Below the pieces are notes generated by a model, which saw only the letters and a program-made list of their open reading frames with translations, made no database searches and was not told where the DNA came from. Of a stretch of 64,000 nt of DNA, positions 38,310 through 47,115 are shown one piece after another. Position 1 is the stretch's first letter; every line of letters begins with the position of its first letter. The translations under genes were made by a program, and so were the position numbers. The DNA lies in contig JAKBLT010000001.1 of the NCBI GenBank assembly GCA_021831925.1, forward strand, positions 4,137 through 68,136, read 5' to 3'. This stretch comes from Thermoplasmata archaeon (GTDB lineage: Archaea; Thermoplasmatota; Thermoplasmata; Thermoplasmatales; Thermoplasmataceae).

Positions 38310-39023
38310 TCACCCGGGGCTCAAATACGTTGCCTGTGTTGTCGTGCCTGATAATGGATTGCCACCGCTTAAATCACTGACTCTACCATAAATGGTCGGC
38401 GAACCTTTGGTCATTCCGACGGCTGTTAGTGTTTTATCGTTATTATAAACAAGTTCGACTGGAGGCAACGGATGTATAGTTGGCCCAGTTATAACTGCAG
38501 CTCCCTTGCTTGGATCATAAGTACTACCATGGCAGGAGCAGTGAATATATCCGGGGTTCGTTGACCCGTTAAATGAGGTTCCTAAAACTGCTGAACCCGG
38601 TGTATAATAATGTATCTCTGGGGGCTTGCAACCGAGATGCTGACAAATTGCACTGAAGGCAACTATGTTGCTATTGGGACCGACACCAGCAGGTGCGGTG
38701 TAGGATGTTCCAGTTGCGGGTATGGAAACAGTTGGAGCACTAATTGGCTCGTTCAAATTTAGCAGAAAGTTTGGATCATCCTGTAATGGGTAGTCAAAGA
38801 GAAATGGGGTATCCGTACTTGTGGGGATATCGTCTGCAATCAGTGGTTTCCCGGAAGCATCTACTATAAGTAAGGAGGGGAAACTTGATAATCCAACAGA
38901 CGGGGCAACCAGGTTGGTAATACCTCCCTTCAGGACACTCGCGACAGCTGCGCCAGCAGAAAGAACAATCATAGCCTTCAAAAACGTTCTCCTTGATTTA
39001 TCCTTAACTTCGTCTTCCGGCAT
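38310..39023 (-). CDS. Rieske [2Fe-2S] protein with a Tat signal
   Basis: Twin-arginine motif SRRTFLK. Cluster boxes CQHLGC and CSCHGSTY. A TATA-like box sits about 26 nt upstream of ATG 39023. Confidence 0.9.
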   Translation of the reverse strand: MPEDEVKDKSRRTFLKAMIVLSAGAAVASVLKGGITNLVAPSVGLSSFPSLLIVDASGKPLIADDIPTSTDTPFLFDYPLQDDPNFLLNLNEPISAPTVSIPATGTSYTAPAGVGPNSNIVAFSAICQHLGCKPPEIHYYTPGSAVLGTSFNGSTNPGYIHCSCHGSTYDPSKGAAVITGPTIHPLPPVELVYNNDKTLTAVGMTKGSPTIYGRVSDLSGGNPLSGTTTQATYLSPG

Positions 39024-39120
39024 CTGGGAGGGGATTTGATTATCTTTTTTAAATCTTGTTATCTAAAAGTCCTTATTTAGTATAATGAATAAAGGATTTT
39101 TTGATCAAAACAAACAGATA

Positions 39121-39127
39121 TTATAAA
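39121..39127 (+). promoter_or_regulatory. TATA box candidate for tRNA-Val
   Basis: TTATAAA lies 23-29 nt upstream of the tRNA 5' end. Confidence 0.5.
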
Positions 39128-39149
39128 CGTTGAAATTACCGTCCGGTCA

Positions 39150-39222
39150 GGGCTCGTAGTCTAGTGGTTATGATACCGCCCTTACAAGGCGGTGGTCACC
39201 GGTTCGAATCCGGTCGGGCCCA
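39150..39222 (+). tRNA. tRNA-Val (anticodon UAC), no intron, CCA not encoded
   Basis: Cloverleaf folded by hand. The acceptor stem GGGCTCG/CGGGCCC has one G-U pair. The anticodon stem is CCGCC/GGCGG with loop CTTACAA. The T arm is ACCGG-TTCGAAT-CCGGT and the discriminator is A. Confidence 0.93.
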
Positions 39223-39224
39223 TT
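39207..39224. repeat. Left copy (attL-like) of an 18-nt direct repeat: the tRNA-Val 3' end
   Basis: AATCCGGTCGGGCCCATT. It matches 40867-40884 at 17 of 18 positions. Confidence 0.85.
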
Positions 39225-39472
39225 TACAGCTATAAATGAGTCTTCCTTTCTTATGAGTAAAAAGAGGATTTGACGATTTAGCTAACAAACTCACAGTCAA
39301 CATCGAGTTAATTATTAGTCCCACCCTATGCAACACTAAATCTCGGCACCATCCTCAAATTAATTCAAAGTTCCAGAACCATGTTTATCTTAGGGAGAAA
39401 TTGAACTTAGGGCATTTCTTTAACGAAATGATTTTATTTCTCGTTCTGTACTTTAATAATCCTGTCAGCAAA

Positions 39473-39751
39473 TTACAGCAATTCTGACAAATTGGCCTTA
39501 ATCCTGTATTTGACTGATAATTGACCCTTTTTGTTCAGTGAAGGCTCTTTCTCTATTATTCCTGCAACAACCGGGATGTTCAAATGTTTTTCGATTGACG
39601 AACGATGCCTGTTGAGTTTTTTTGCAATCTCTCCCGGGTTTGCAAATCCATCGGAAATTGAGTCCAGATTTATAGGTCTGACAGAAGATGCAAGAGCTGA
39701 AAATAATTTCTCTTCACTGATGTAATCTCTCATACAGTTTACCTTTTTCAT
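39473..39751 (-). CDS. Small ArsR-like winged-helix protein
   Basis: 92 aa. The pattern LFSALASSVRPINLDSISDGFANPGEIAKKLNRHRSSIEKHLNIPVVAGII resembles an ArsR/SmtB HTH. Confidence 0.5.
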   Translation of the reverse strand: MKKVNCMRDYISEEKLFSALASSVRPINLDSISDGFANPGEIAKKLNRHRSSIEKHLNIPVVAGIIEKEPSLNKKGQLSVKYRIKANLSELL

Positions 39752-40350
39752 GCCTTATAGCGATACCGTTATAATTATTACCGAAGGGTGAAAAATTCTC
39801 ACAAAATAGCTGGAAAATGTGATATATAAAAATCCAATCCAAAGATGATATTCATGAAATACGAATTTAGTTCTAACCTAAATCTAATGTGCCTCAAATA
39901 TCTCAAAAGTCCTCTAACTGCTGAACAGACGTTTGATCTGCTGGAGAATAATCTCTCCACACTAAAGAAGAAAGAGCTCTAAGGGTTATCGAAACTGGAA
40001 AATAATAAACTAACGTATTTAACGTGTGTTGAAATTGAAGATGGCGATAATATAAACGCACCCTGACTCCATGAAGTACATCTGCCAAAAGGAAAATATG
40101 TCAGAGAAAGAATTGCAGACTGGGAGAAAAACCTGGGTCAGATACCGTTAATCATCGATAAAGTATCTGCTGATAATTTGGTTGATCCTGAAAGGTATAT
40201 TATCGAATTTATAGGAGCGAGAAAGAACTTTTTCTGTTGATACCAATCGAATGACTTGCTTCTACCTTCTTTCATAAATTAAAAACTTAGTTTCGCACAA
40301 ATATTCATGAGGATCTTGCAAAATATCTGCAGTTATAATATTACGGCGGT

Positions 40351-40572
40351 TTACAGTAACTTTATGAATTCCTCTACAGTAAGGTCGCACTGCCTAATTA
40401 TTGCTCTGAGCGTGCCCTTTGGCAATTCATCGTGGTTTGGAATTACCACCCTCTTTCCATCTGATTCTCTCTTCAGTATCATATGACTTCCAACCTGTCT
40501 CCTGATTCTAAATCATACTTTAGAAAGTGCTTTCACGGTATCTTTTCCAGAAATAGAGGGAAGTTTAGGCAT
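40351..40572 (-). pseudogene. hicA: HicA-family toxin gene interrupted by an in-frame TGA at codon 20
   Basis: Hand translation gives MPKLPSISGKDTVKALSKV*FRIRRQVGSHMILKRESDGKRVVIPNHDELPKGTLRAIIRQCDLTVEEFIKLL*. The TGA (40513-40515) occupies the position of the conserved Gly (..K.GF...RQ.GSH). The ATG overlaps the hicB stop by 8 nt. Confidence 0.8.
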
Positions 40573-40780
40573 TGAGTTCAACGTTTCCAATGATGTCTAT
40601 GTCGTGGGGAATGGTCTCTCCATCTGCATTCATGTCGTCAATAAACCCCTGGACGGCTTCCTTTATGTTTGAGATGGCCTCTTCTACCGTATGCCCGTCA
40701 GAAATGCACCCAGGCAAAGCTGGAACTGTAACCACATATATTCCATCTTCATCCTTCTCCATGACCACCGTAAATTTCAT
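40565..40780 (-). CDS. hicB: HicB-family antitoxin (UPF0150 fold, short form without a DNA-binding domain)
   Basis: MKFTVVMEKDEDGIYVVTVPALPGCISDGHTVEEAISNIKEAVQGFI is the classic HicB N-terminal signature. Confidence 0.8.
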   Translation of the reverse strand: MKFTVVMEKDEDGIYVVTVPALPGCISDGHTVEEAISNIKEAVQGFIDDMNADGETIPHDIDIIGNVELNA

Positions 40781-40866
40781 TAATTTTATAATAGAATAAT
40801 AAGTATAAACTTTTGCGCTACAGTTACTCCCTCAACTGGAACTATAGTCTCTCAATATGTTGAATA

Positions 40867-40884
40867 AATCCGGTTGGGCCCATT
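40867..40884. repeat. Right copy (attR-like) of the tRNA-Val 3'-end repeat
   Basis: AATCCGGTTGGGCCCATT, with one C-to-T difference from 39207-39224. Confidence 0.85.
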
Positions 40885-40983
40885 ATAATATGATAAATAC
40901 AGTTATCATAGTAAATCTGACGATTAATTTTACTCTGTTCTAATGAGTTTAATGTTTATAATGACGAAAAACATAGTTCTTAC

Positions 40984-42552
40984 GTGAGTCAACATGTTGG
41001 GGTAATCGGACGGATATCCGCAATACTTGTGATATTCCTGATCATGGTTATAATTTTCAATCTCTTTTCATATGACACTGCCCCAATGCCTCATATTATG
41101 CCGTTATACGGTGTATCAGCCGCGCAAAAACATCAGCCTGTTGGGCCATATAATTGCAGTGGAACAGGTTTTGTAAGATGCACCATTGATTTGCAAAACA
41201 ACTCTATATTTCCAGGAAACTACAATTTACCGGTGTCAAAATCTTTTCCAAATAATGTCCTAATAGATTTGAAAAACAATGTACTCTATGCTTTTTCATG
41301 GAATACCAATTTAACACAGATAGTGAATCTATCCAATAATTGCGCAAGCAAAGGACCGCTGACAGGGGCAGAACCAGTCTCAGTCACTTTTGACAAACTA
41401 ACTGGTATTATTTATGTTGCAAATGAGCTCTCAAATTCAGTTTCAGTTTTTAATACATCCACCGGCAAGATAGTAAAAACTATAACGGTAGGTGAAAGCC
41501 CAGACTTTCTGTGTCTTAATCAAGATACACATACACTCTATGTGTCAAATTACCTTTCAAGTACAGTATCAGTGATCAATTTAACCAGAAATAAAATCGA
41601 AAAGAATATCACAGTGGGCTGCGGCCCTGTTGACATGCTGCTTGATCCAAATGCGTCAACCCTCTATGTTGCAAATTATTGCCACAACACTTTGTCCGTA
41701 ATCAACACCGCATCAAACAATCTAACTTGCACAGTCTCCGTGGGGGCTAGACCCGTCGACATTGCACTAGCACAAAACAATAGGTTATTGGTCTTAAACA
41801 AATTTTCAGATTCAGTTTCCATAATAAACACAACAGGCAATGATGTTATGAAAACAGTAAACGTTGGAAGTTCTCCGAGGGAATTGTTCTATGATAAGGA
41901 TAATGGAATCACATTTATAACGAACGAGCTTTCAAACACCGTATCCGCAATAAACGCTTCAAGTTGCGAATTAGTGAAAAACTTCCCGGTTGGAATACAT
42001 CCTAAAAATCTCTTCTTGAATCCACAGAATGCCCTGTTATATGTTGCAAATGCGTGTTCCAATACAATATCGGTAATTGACGCAACCACTCTTGCTTTGG
42101 TTGCAAACATAAGCGTCGGTACAGACCCATCTCATTTTTCATTCGATCAAATAAACGGTAATTTATATGTCCTCAATCAACTTTCAGACTCACTTTCTGT
42201 AATCTCTTTCAATCCTTCACAGACAATTCCTTATGAAGTTGAGTTCAGGGAGGCAGGTCTACCGATGAATGTTGAATGGTATGTTGATTTGAATGGTTCT
42301 TTAAGGTCATCCAATGACAACACGATTACTTTTGTAGAATCCAATGGGTCTTATTCTGTCATTATACCAGCCATAAATGGGTATATTATTCAGCATGCAT
42401 CAAAATTGGTAATCAATGGCACTTGGCGGACGATCGTAATAACATATACGCCAGTATCAGACTTATACATATTATTAGGCACCGTTATCCTGGTTCTGCT
42501 CTTAGCAGCAGTCGTTTTCTACCGGATAAAGAGGTCCAGTAGGTACAAATGA
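40984..42552 (+). CDS. YVTN-family beta-propeller repeat surface protein with an N-terminal anchor and a C-terminal TM helix
   Basis: About 40-residue repeats of the type LYV(A/S)N..SNT(V/I)SVI(N/D)..T...V..I.VG..P occur roughly 7-8 times. GTG start. The C-terminus has LLGTVILVLLLAAVVFY plus a basic tail. Confidence 0.8.
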   Translation: MSQHVGVIGRISAILVIFLIMVIIFNLFSYDTAPMPHIMPLYGVSAAQKHQPVGPYNCSGTGFVRCTIDLQNNSIFPGNYNLPVSKSFPNNVLIDLKNNVLYAFSWNTNLTQIVNLSNNCASKGPLTGAEPVSVTFDKLTGIIYVANELSNSVSVFNTSTGKIVKTITVGESPDFLCLNQDTHTLYVSNYLSSTVSVINLTRNKIEKNITVGCGPVDMLLDPNASTLYVANYCHNTLSVINTASNNLTCTVSVGARPVDIALAQNNRLLVLNKFSDSVSIINTTGNDVMKTVNVGSSPRELFYDKDNGITFITNELSNTVSAINASSCELVKNFPVGIHPKNLFLNPQNALLYVANACSNTISVIDATTLALVANISVGTDPSHFSFDQINGNLYVLNQLSDSLSVISFNPSQTIPYEVEFREAGLPMNVEWYVDLNGSLRSSNDNTITFVESNGSYSVIIPAINGYIIQHASKLVINGTWRTIVITYTPVSDLYILLGTVILVLLLAAVVFYRIKRSSRYK

Positions 42553-42558
42553 GCTTTT

Positions 42559-44082
42559 CTATGCATTTGCTTTAACCTCATAGAGGACATAGGAATCAAA
42601 TGTACCAACATACATGTAGTATAAAGCTGGAAATGTTATCAAATAGCCATCAATTGTCGTATTGAGGTAAATATTCTGTATAACAATATATTTGATATCA
42701 TATTTTGAGAGGTTGGAAAGAGCAGCTCTTGAAGTTGAATTCAGTATAACAGAAAGGGCCGCATTTCTCTCCTCAATCTCAACAGATCCGACTATGAAAC
42801 CAGAATATATTATCACCCTAGCACCTGTTTCAGCAGACAGATAATTGCCAATGCTCGGCGCAATTACAGTTGAATTGTTAAAATGGTCTTCCCCGTATGT
42901 TATTAGCGACTTGCTATAAGCAAAATCTCCCGAATTATAATAGGATACAGTGTGATTGGCCAGTATTATCTGAGTCGGTGCAGCCGCCACTATAAAGATT
43001 GAGATAATGGTTAAAACATATTTCTTCTTGCTCAGCCATGTCTTTTTATAAATACCGGATTTAGATATTATATTCAGATTTTTCAAAACAATTATCATTA
43101 ACATGGTGTAGGAATAAAGGATGACTCTGCCTGTAATAGTCAAATCTACCGGTATGAAAGCCAGACCTGTCAGGCTGCATATGAGTGCGATGGAAAACGT
43201 ATCAAGAGGCTCTATTTTTCTTAATGTTATTGCTGCATATAGTTCCAGCATGGCAACAAATATGACGGGCATCATAAATGGAACCGCCTGGAATATCACG
43301 GTTTTCGTCACTACTGGATTGAATATGCCTGTCCCCGAAGAAGTCGGAACCGTTACCGCGCTTATTACAAACCTGATTTTTGGGAGCCACCAGTATAACC
43401 CTGCCGCCCCTCCTGCTGCAAGTACACAGAAAGATGATATTGCGGGTTTGAAATCCTTTTTTACAATGTCAAATACAAGAATGCCAACCAGGCATAATTC
43501 GGAGAAAAAATAGGTCAGATCATGCGTGAATGCTATCAATGCTATAAGAACTATCGAATAAAATGTCCAGGATATTCCGGTACCTCTTCGCTCCATTGTA
43601 ATCAGTAGCAAAACGAGAAAGAAAGTTGATATGATATCCGGATAACCCCCCCATGAAAGTGCATAAATCGATACATCAAAAAATATTAACATGAAGGCAG
43701 AAAATATGCTTTCAACTGCATTCTGGTATTTCTTAAGATATAGAAAAAGTACCACTGACTGCATAGCACTTGTAAATATGGTCAGGTACAGGAGTTCATT
43801 TAACCAAAGGCTGCCATTTACAGGTATCAGGAAAGACAGAGCCTGATTGAAATAATATATGAAAAGAAAAATTGCAGGTGGATAAATGTAAAGGCTACCA
43901 GGATAGTAAACCTCATTAAGATCAGGAACCAGTCCTTTATTCAGATAGATTTCCCTTTCAAAGGTCGCGAATTCACCAGCGTCGCCAGTCGGAACTTTAG
44001 TTCCATAAAAAATAGCTGCTCTTATGATTAAAGCTATTATAAAAATAGATACCGGAACAATTAAGTTTCTGAATTTTACCAT
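42559..44082 (-). CDS. Polytopic membrane protein, probable GT-C-fold (ArnT/PMT-like) glycosyltransferase
   Basis: About 11-13 helices, an acidic first loop (VPTGDAGEFATFERE) and a C-terminal soluble domain. It overlaps the adjacent GT4 gene. The family assignment is tentative. Confidence 0.45.
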   Translation of the reverse strand: MVKFRNLIVPVSIFIIALIIRAAIFYGTKVPTGDAGEFATFEREIYLNKGLVPDLNEVYYPGSLYIYPPAIFLFIYYFNQALSFLIPVNGSLWLNELLYLTIFTSAMQSVVLFLYLKKYQNAVESIFSAFMLIFFDVSIYALSWGGYPDIISTFFLVLLLITMERRGTGISWTFYSIVLIALIAFTHDLTYFFSELCLVGILVFDIVKKDFKPAISSFCVLAAGGAAGLYWWLPKIRFVISAVTVPTSSGTGIFNPVVTKTVIFQAVPFMMPVIFVAMLELYAAITLRKIEPLDTFSIALICSLTGLAFIPVDLTITGRVILYSYTMLMIIVLKNLNIISKSGIYKKTWLSKKKYVLTIISIFIVAAAPTQIILANHTVSYYNSGDFAYSKSLITYGEDHFNNSTVIAPSIGNYLSAETGARVIIYSGFIVGSVEIEERNAALSVILNSTSRAALSNLSKYDIKYIVIQNIYLNTTIDGYLITFPALYYMYVGTFDSYVLYEVKANA

Positions 44083-45230
44083 GAAGACAATAGTGTTTTG
44101 GAAAGTTTTTCGGTTATAACTTCCCAGTCATACCTTCTGGAGAATTCCTTTGCATTCATGCTGAGGCGCTTCCATGCCATTTCATCGGTATAGAGTGCCT
44201 TGATCTTGTTAAGCATATCATCAAAACCGCTTGCTACAAGGCCATTTTCACCGTCTCTTATAATCTCATTTGCAGCCATATTATATGGCCCTCCTATTGT
44301 AGTAACCGGAACGGAAGCTGCCATCGCCTCAAGTGAAGCAATAGAAAACCCCTCCCGATAGCTTGGCATAACAAAGATCCAGGACTTAGCCAAATGATCT
44401 ATCATTTCATCCCTGCCTAGATTTCCAAGAAAATTAATATTGTTTGCATCCCTGGCAAGATTGTGTACCTGGTTTTCAAGGCTACCGCTTCCTATTACTT
44501 CCAAATTGAATTCTGGAAAGTTTTTCACCTTCTTTATAAGCTGGTCTATCCTCTTATGAGGTTCCAGGCGACCAATATAAATCAACTTACCCCATTCCTT
44601 GCCACACTGTTTTTGGTAGTCGTAAGAATTTATGCCGTTTTCAACCACTGAAACATTTGATATATTGTAGTTATTCCTGACCATTGACGCAACACTGTTC
44701 GACACTGCAATATTATTCGTAAAACTTTTAGCGACCTTATTTTCCCACCCTGCTGCTATTCTCCAGAGCAGGCCTCTCTGATTATAATATCTGCCAAGGA
44801 CCTCATGCCAGGTGAAGAACTTTGTCTTGTTATACGGTAAAGCGTCGGCACCCTTAATGGCTGGTAAAAGGGGGAACTCGTCAAACACAAACATGTCCTC
44901 CTGGGAATCATGCTTCAACCTGTTCTTAATCCTATAGCTGAATTCCCTGACCCCCATATACTTCCTTGATCCACTTTTAAAATACTGGGATTCATTCAAA
45001 TCCGTGATGTATTCCATGTCTATGCCAGGCACATCAACCTTTTCTGGAAAAGGATTTGTAAGCACTTTTACGGAAAAACCCTTCCTGGATAATCTGGTTA
45101 GTGTTTCAAACGCCCTGATCTCTGCGCCCCCCTGATGGGGGTAAAAGGATTCATTAATCGAAACTACGCTGGGAAGATCCATTTTATTAAAGCCACCAAT
45201 GAGGGGTAATCGTTTTCTCTTATAAGACAT
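44076..45230 (-). CDS. Family-4 (GT-B) glycosyltransferase
   Basis: Motif PSYREGFSIASLEAMAASVPV (E-x7-E region). The true start may be MDLPSVVSINE (ATG 45182). Confidence 0.85.
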   Translation of the reverse strand: MSYKRKRLPLIGGFNKMDLPSVVSINESFYPHQGGAEIRAFETLTRLSRKGFSVKVLTNPFPEKVDVPGIDMEYITDLNESQYFKSGSRKYMGVREFSYRIKNRLKHDSQEDMFVFDEFPLLPAIKGADALPYNKTKFFTWHEVLGRYYNQRGLLWRIAAGWENKVAKSFTNNIAVSNSVASMVRNNYNISNVSVVENGINSYDYQKQCGKEWGKLIYIGRLEPHKRIDQLIKKVKNFPEFNLEVIGSGSLENQVHNLARDANNINFLGNLGRDEMIDHLAKSWIFVMPSYREGFSIASLEAMAASVPVTTIGGPYNMAANEIIRDGENGLVASGFDDMLNKIKALYTDEMAWKRLSMNAKEFSRRYDWEVITEKLSKTLLSSW

Positions 45231-45274
45231 ATATCGTTTCCCCCTGCCACGGGATAAAAGTTAAATCATAGCTT

Positions 45275-45802
45275 ATGCATTACGCCACGTTGGAAGATAA
45301 CCACAGACCCACATGGGACGAGTACTTCATGAGAATGGCATTTCTCGCTGCATCCAGGGCAAACTGTATAAGGCGGAAAGTTGGTGCAATAATTGTCAAG
45401 GATCGCAACATAATTGCGACTGGTTACAATGGGCCACCATCCGGGTTGGCAAATTGCAGTGATGTAGGCTGTATCCGGGATGATATGAATGTCAAGTCTG
45501 GTGAAAGACATGAACTTTGCCGTGGCCTTCATGCTGAGCAGAATGCAATAATTCAGGCTGCAGTTCATGGGTCAAGCATAAAGGATTCCAAGATATATGT
45601 CACAACACATCCATGCGTGGTATGTGCAAAAATGATAATAAACGCAAAAATAGACGAGATTATATTTGCCGATGGCTACCCCGATGAGTTATCTGAGCTA
45701 ATGTTTCTTGAATCCAGTATTGTGAGAAGGCAATTTTCTCTCAAGCCCGCTGAGGTCAAGATGATGCTGGGAGAATATTCGGAGTTGGAAGGGGAAGACT
45801 GA
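45275..45802 (+). CDS. Deoxycytidylate (dCMP) deaminase / ComEB-type cytidine-deoxycytidylate deaminase
   Basis: Zinc motifs HAEQNAI and PCVVCAKMI. Confidence 0.88.
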   Translation: MHYATLEDNHRPTWDEYFMRMAFLAASRANCIRRKVGAIIVKDRNIIATGYNGPPSGLANCSDVGCIRDDMNVKSGERHELCRGLHAEQNAIIQAAVHGSSIKDSKIYVTTHPCVVCAKMIINAKIDEIIFADGYPDELSELMFLESSIVRRQFSLKPAEVKMMLGEYSELEGED

Positions 45803-46450
45803 ATGACTATTGTTGGACTTGTAATTACATATATCACAACCTTTATTGAAAATGTGCAGTACCCGGGCATATTTGCTCTGATGGTTCTTGAGGGCCTTCT
45901 TTTGCCGATACCATCAGAGGTCGTAATGGCATTTTCAGGGTACCTCATTTTTAAGAACGAACTACCATCTTATTTGGGAATACCCGCTTTTGTTTTAGTT
46001 CTTATTGCCGGTACGATTGGCAATCTTGTAGGTGCCCTTCTGGCCTATCTGTTAGGCGACAAGGGTGGAATGGAATTCGTCAAGATTTATGGGAAGAAAG
46101 TCGGAGTGAGCGAAAAGAGTATAGACCGCGTGAATACCTGGTTCAATAAATACGGGGATATTGCTGTTTTTGGAACACGGTTAGTTCCAATCTTCAGGAC
46201 ATTCATTTCGATCCCGGCTGGTTTTGGAAGGATGAAGATAAGCAAATTCATTATATACACAATTTCCGGAATGATAATCTGGGATGCTGTTTTACTTTAT
46301 ATCGGCTTCCATCTTGGCAACGCCTGGAACAGTATAATGGGAATATCCGACAATATAACATATGCAGCTGCGGCAGCTGCAGTTGCAGTACTGGTGCTTC
46401 TCTATTATTATGGATACAGAAAAAAGAACTCTGCATCCAGTGAATCTTGA
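45803..46450 (+). CDS. DedA/SNARE-associated family membrane protein
   Basis: DedA-like motif YPGIFALMVLEGLLLPIPSEVVM...FGTRLVPIFRTFISIPAG. The start abuts the upstream stop (TGAATG). Confidence 0.8.
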   Translation: MTIVGLVITYITTFIENVQYPGIFALMVLEGLLLPIPSEVVMAFSGYLIFKNELPSYLGIPAFVLVLIAGTIGNLVGALLAYLLGDKGGMEFVKIYGKKVGVSEKSIDRVNTWFNKYGDIAVFGTRLVPIFRTFISIPAGFGRMKISKFIIYTISGMIIWDAVLLYIGFHLGNAWNSIMGISDNITYAAAAAAVAVLVLLYYYGYRKKNSASSES

Positions 46451-46489
46451 AAATGCTGCATTTACTTGAACATCTTTCCATTGAAAAAA

Positions 46490-46497
46490 TTTAAATA
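46490..46497 (+). promoter_or_regulatory. TATA box candidate for the hsp20-regulator operon
   Basis: TTTAAATA lies about 52 nt upstream of ATG 46549. A Shine-Dalgarno-like AAGGAGTGAT sits 4-13 nt upstream of that ATG. Confidence 0.45.
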
Positions 46498-46548
46498 GAT
46501 TATTGCAATTAGTGATTTACAACGAATAGTTGTAAAGGAGTGATTGAA

Positions 46549-47106
46549 ATGGTGCGAAGACACATGAAAGATGGAGACGACGACTGGGACAGAGACTTCT
46601 TTGACGATATGTTTGGGGATTTCGGGATAGACTTCAGAAGGATGAACGACAGACTGATGAGGTTTTTCAACAGTGTTATGAAGAACCCCGAAACCACCAT
46701 AGAGGGACCGTTTGTGTATGGTTTTACCTACAGGCAGGGACCAGATGGGAAGCCGACATTCCAGGAGTTCGGAAATGTTCCTGAGATGATGCACAGGGGT
46801 CCACAGAAACAGATAGAGCAGGATGTAAGGGAGCCTCTTACTGACCTGAACGAGGACGGAAGCAATGTATATATTACATACGAACTTCCCGGGATTTCGA
46901 AAGAGAACATCGACCTGAACGTTTCCGAAAGGAATGTAACACTTAACGTGAAGGATGGTCCAAGGAAATACCATAAGTCCATAGATTTCGAGTTCAAGCT
47001 GAAACCAGAAAGCTGCAGGGCAAAATTCGTGAATGGTATCCTTGATCTTTCCATAGCTAAGGAAAAACAGCCTGAGGGGAACGGAAAAAAGGTCTCTATA
47101 GAGTGA
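46549..47106 (+). CDS. hsp20: Small heat-shock protein, Hsp20/alpha-crystallin family
   Basis: Alpha-crystallin domain (DLNEDGSNVYITYELPGISKENIDLNVSE...AKFVNGILDLSIAK). The ORF-track GTG at 46540 is an alternative start. Confidence 0.85.
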   Translation: MVRRHMKDGDDDWDRDFFDDMFGDFGIDFRRMNDRLMRFFNSVMKNPETTIEGPFVYGFTYRQGPDGKPTFQEFGNVPEMMHRGPQKQIEQDVREPLTDLNEDGSNVYITYELPGISKENIDLNVSERNVTLNVKDGPRKYHKSIDFEFKLKPESCRAKFVNGILDLSIAKEKQPEGNGKKVSIE

Positions 47107-47115
47107 GGTGGCTGA

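Larger units (their letters stand above)
39225..40884. mobile_element. Remnant of an element integrated into tRNA-Val (about 1.66 kb, no intact integrase)
   Basis: It is bounded by the tRNA 3'-end direct repeat. It contains a small wHTH gene, stop-interrupted ORF fragments (39850-40250) and a hicB/hicA pair with a broken toxin. Confidence 0.6.

Noticed and set aside
40857-40943. A 28-codon ORF (MLNKSGWAHYNMINTVIIVNLTINFTLF*) reading through the attR-like repeat, considered as a split SSV-type integrase N-fragment.
   Set aside because: Only four codons precede the repeat. The matching frame at the attL side stops after a few codons. No tyrosine-recombinase motifs (R..HxxR..Y) occur anywhere in the element.
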